Origin: Octopus bimaculoides
Lineage: Eukaryota
NCBI RefSeq assembly: GCF_001194135.2
Contig: NC_068988.1
Span: forward strand, 71,478,214-71,542,127
Length of the DNA: 63,914 nucleotides
Direction of reading: 5' to 3'
The position numbers and the translations under genes were made by a program. Shown here piece by piece: positions 62,473 through 63,914 of this stretch; the first letter of the stretch is position 1, and each line of letters begins with the position of its first letter. The notes below the pieces were generated by a model. It did not search any database. It was not told the origin of the DNA and worked only from the letters and a program-made list of their open reading frames with translations.

Positions 62473-63599
62473 NNNNNNNNNNNNNNNNNNNNNNNNNNNN
62501 NNNNNNNNNNNNNNNNNNNNNNNNNNNNNNNNNNNNNNNNNNNNNNNNNNNNNNNNNNNNNNNNNNNNNNNNNNNNNNNNNNNNNNNNNNNNNNNNNNNN
62601 NNNNNNNNNNNNNNNNNNNNNNNNNNNNNNNNNNNNNNNNNNNNNNNNNNNNNNNNNNNNNNNNNNNNNNNNNNNNNNNNNNNNNNNNNNNNNNNNNNNN
62701 NNNNNNNNNNNNNNNNNNNNNNNNNNNNNNNNNNNNNNNNNNNNNNNNNNNNNNNNNNNNNNNNNNNNNNNNNNNNNNNNNNNNNNNNNNNNNNNNNNNN
62801 NNNNNNNNNNNNNNNNNNNNNNNNNNNNNNNNNNNNNNNNNNNNNNNNNNNNNNNNNNNNNNNNNNNNNNNNNNNNNNNNNNNNNNNNNNNNNNNNNNNN
62901 NNNNNNNNNNNNNNNNNNNNNNNNNNNNNNNNNNNNNNNNNNNNNNNNNNNNNNNNNNNNNNNNNNNNNNNNNNNNNNNNNNNNNNNNNNNNNNNNNNNN
63001 NNNNNNNNNNNNNNNNNNNNNNNNNNNNNNNNNNNNNNNNNNNNNNNNNNNNNNNNNNNNNNNNNNNNNNNNNNNNNNNNNNNNNNNNNNNNNNNNNNNN
63101 NNNNNNNNNNNNNNNNNNNNNNNNNNNNNNNNNNNNNNNNNNNNNNNNNNNNNNNNNNNNNNNNNNNNNNNNNNNNNNNNNNNNNNNNNNNNNNNNNNNN
63201 NNNNNNNNNNNNNNNNNNNNNNNNGTGTGTTTCCGTGTGTGACTGTGTTTGTCAGCGAGTGTTTGTGTAGGTGTTGATAGTAGTACACTCTATTGTTTAT
63301 AGCATATCTGCTTGAAGAGCTAACGTTTCATATGAGAATTATTTCACGTTTATAAATACTTATGAAGTTCTTATGCAACTTTCAGGTTTCGTTGATCTGG
63401 TCTTGATTGTGCTGCATGGAATCTTGTAGAATGTGAAGTGCAACATGAAGGGAAATTTATAATGCCACCTTTTTTTACCTCAACTCCACACACACACGCA
63501 CGCACATACACACACATACACACACACACTCACGCACACGCATACGTACATACACACACGTACACGACCCCCCCACACACACACACACATATATGCACT

Positions 63600-63850
63600 C
63601 TGACTTATACATTTATTCTTTTGCTTGGTTCAGTCATTTAACTGCGCCCATACTTTAGCACCACCGTAAAGGTATTTAGACGAAGTAATCGACCCCAGGA
63701 ATTATTCTTTGTAAGCCTAATACTTGTTTTTATCGGGGTCTCATGTCGAACTGCTAAGTTACAGTGACATAAACACACCAGCGTTGATTTCCAAGCTATG
63801 GCAGGGGACAAATACACACAGACGTAAATATAACTACACACACACACAGA
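63600..63850 (-). mobile_element. SINE family A tail fragment
   Basis: ttcagtcatttaactgcg...aatcgaccccagg...gtaagcc...acacacc matches the tail. Confidence 0.7.
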
Positions 63851-63914
63851 CACATGCTTATATATGAATGTATGTTTGTATGCATGCATGCATGCATATA
63901 TATATATATATATA

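Overview
AT-rich, microsatellite-dense eukaryotic DNA with many N gaps. The SINE families, (TA)n/(CA)n load and transposon set look like an octopus/cephalopod draft assembly (inference; no search run). I find no intact protein-coding gene; most long ORFs in the track are artefacts of N gaps or microsatellites. The window is a transposon graveyard: three tRNA-derived SINE families (about 25 copies or fragments), several mariner/Tc1 remnants, a decayed Chapaev3-like transposase, a ~3.6 kb decayed Helitron RepHel ORF carrying a piggyBac-type MITE, a Tx1/L1-clade RT fragment, several R4/Dong-like 3' ends tied to (TAA)n, a zinc-finger LINE-like 3' end and Penelope-like fragments. The most notable signal is a ~345-nt repeat present twice (15011-15324 and 59515-59775). 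It carries a complete minimal type I hammerhead-ribozyme fold with an unusual CCGACGA core, runs head-to-tail through its predicted cleavage site, and one copy starts at that site, i.e. a candidate retrozyme or Penelope pLTR family. A second, unrelated minimal hammerhead lies at 48132-48177 on the minus strand.
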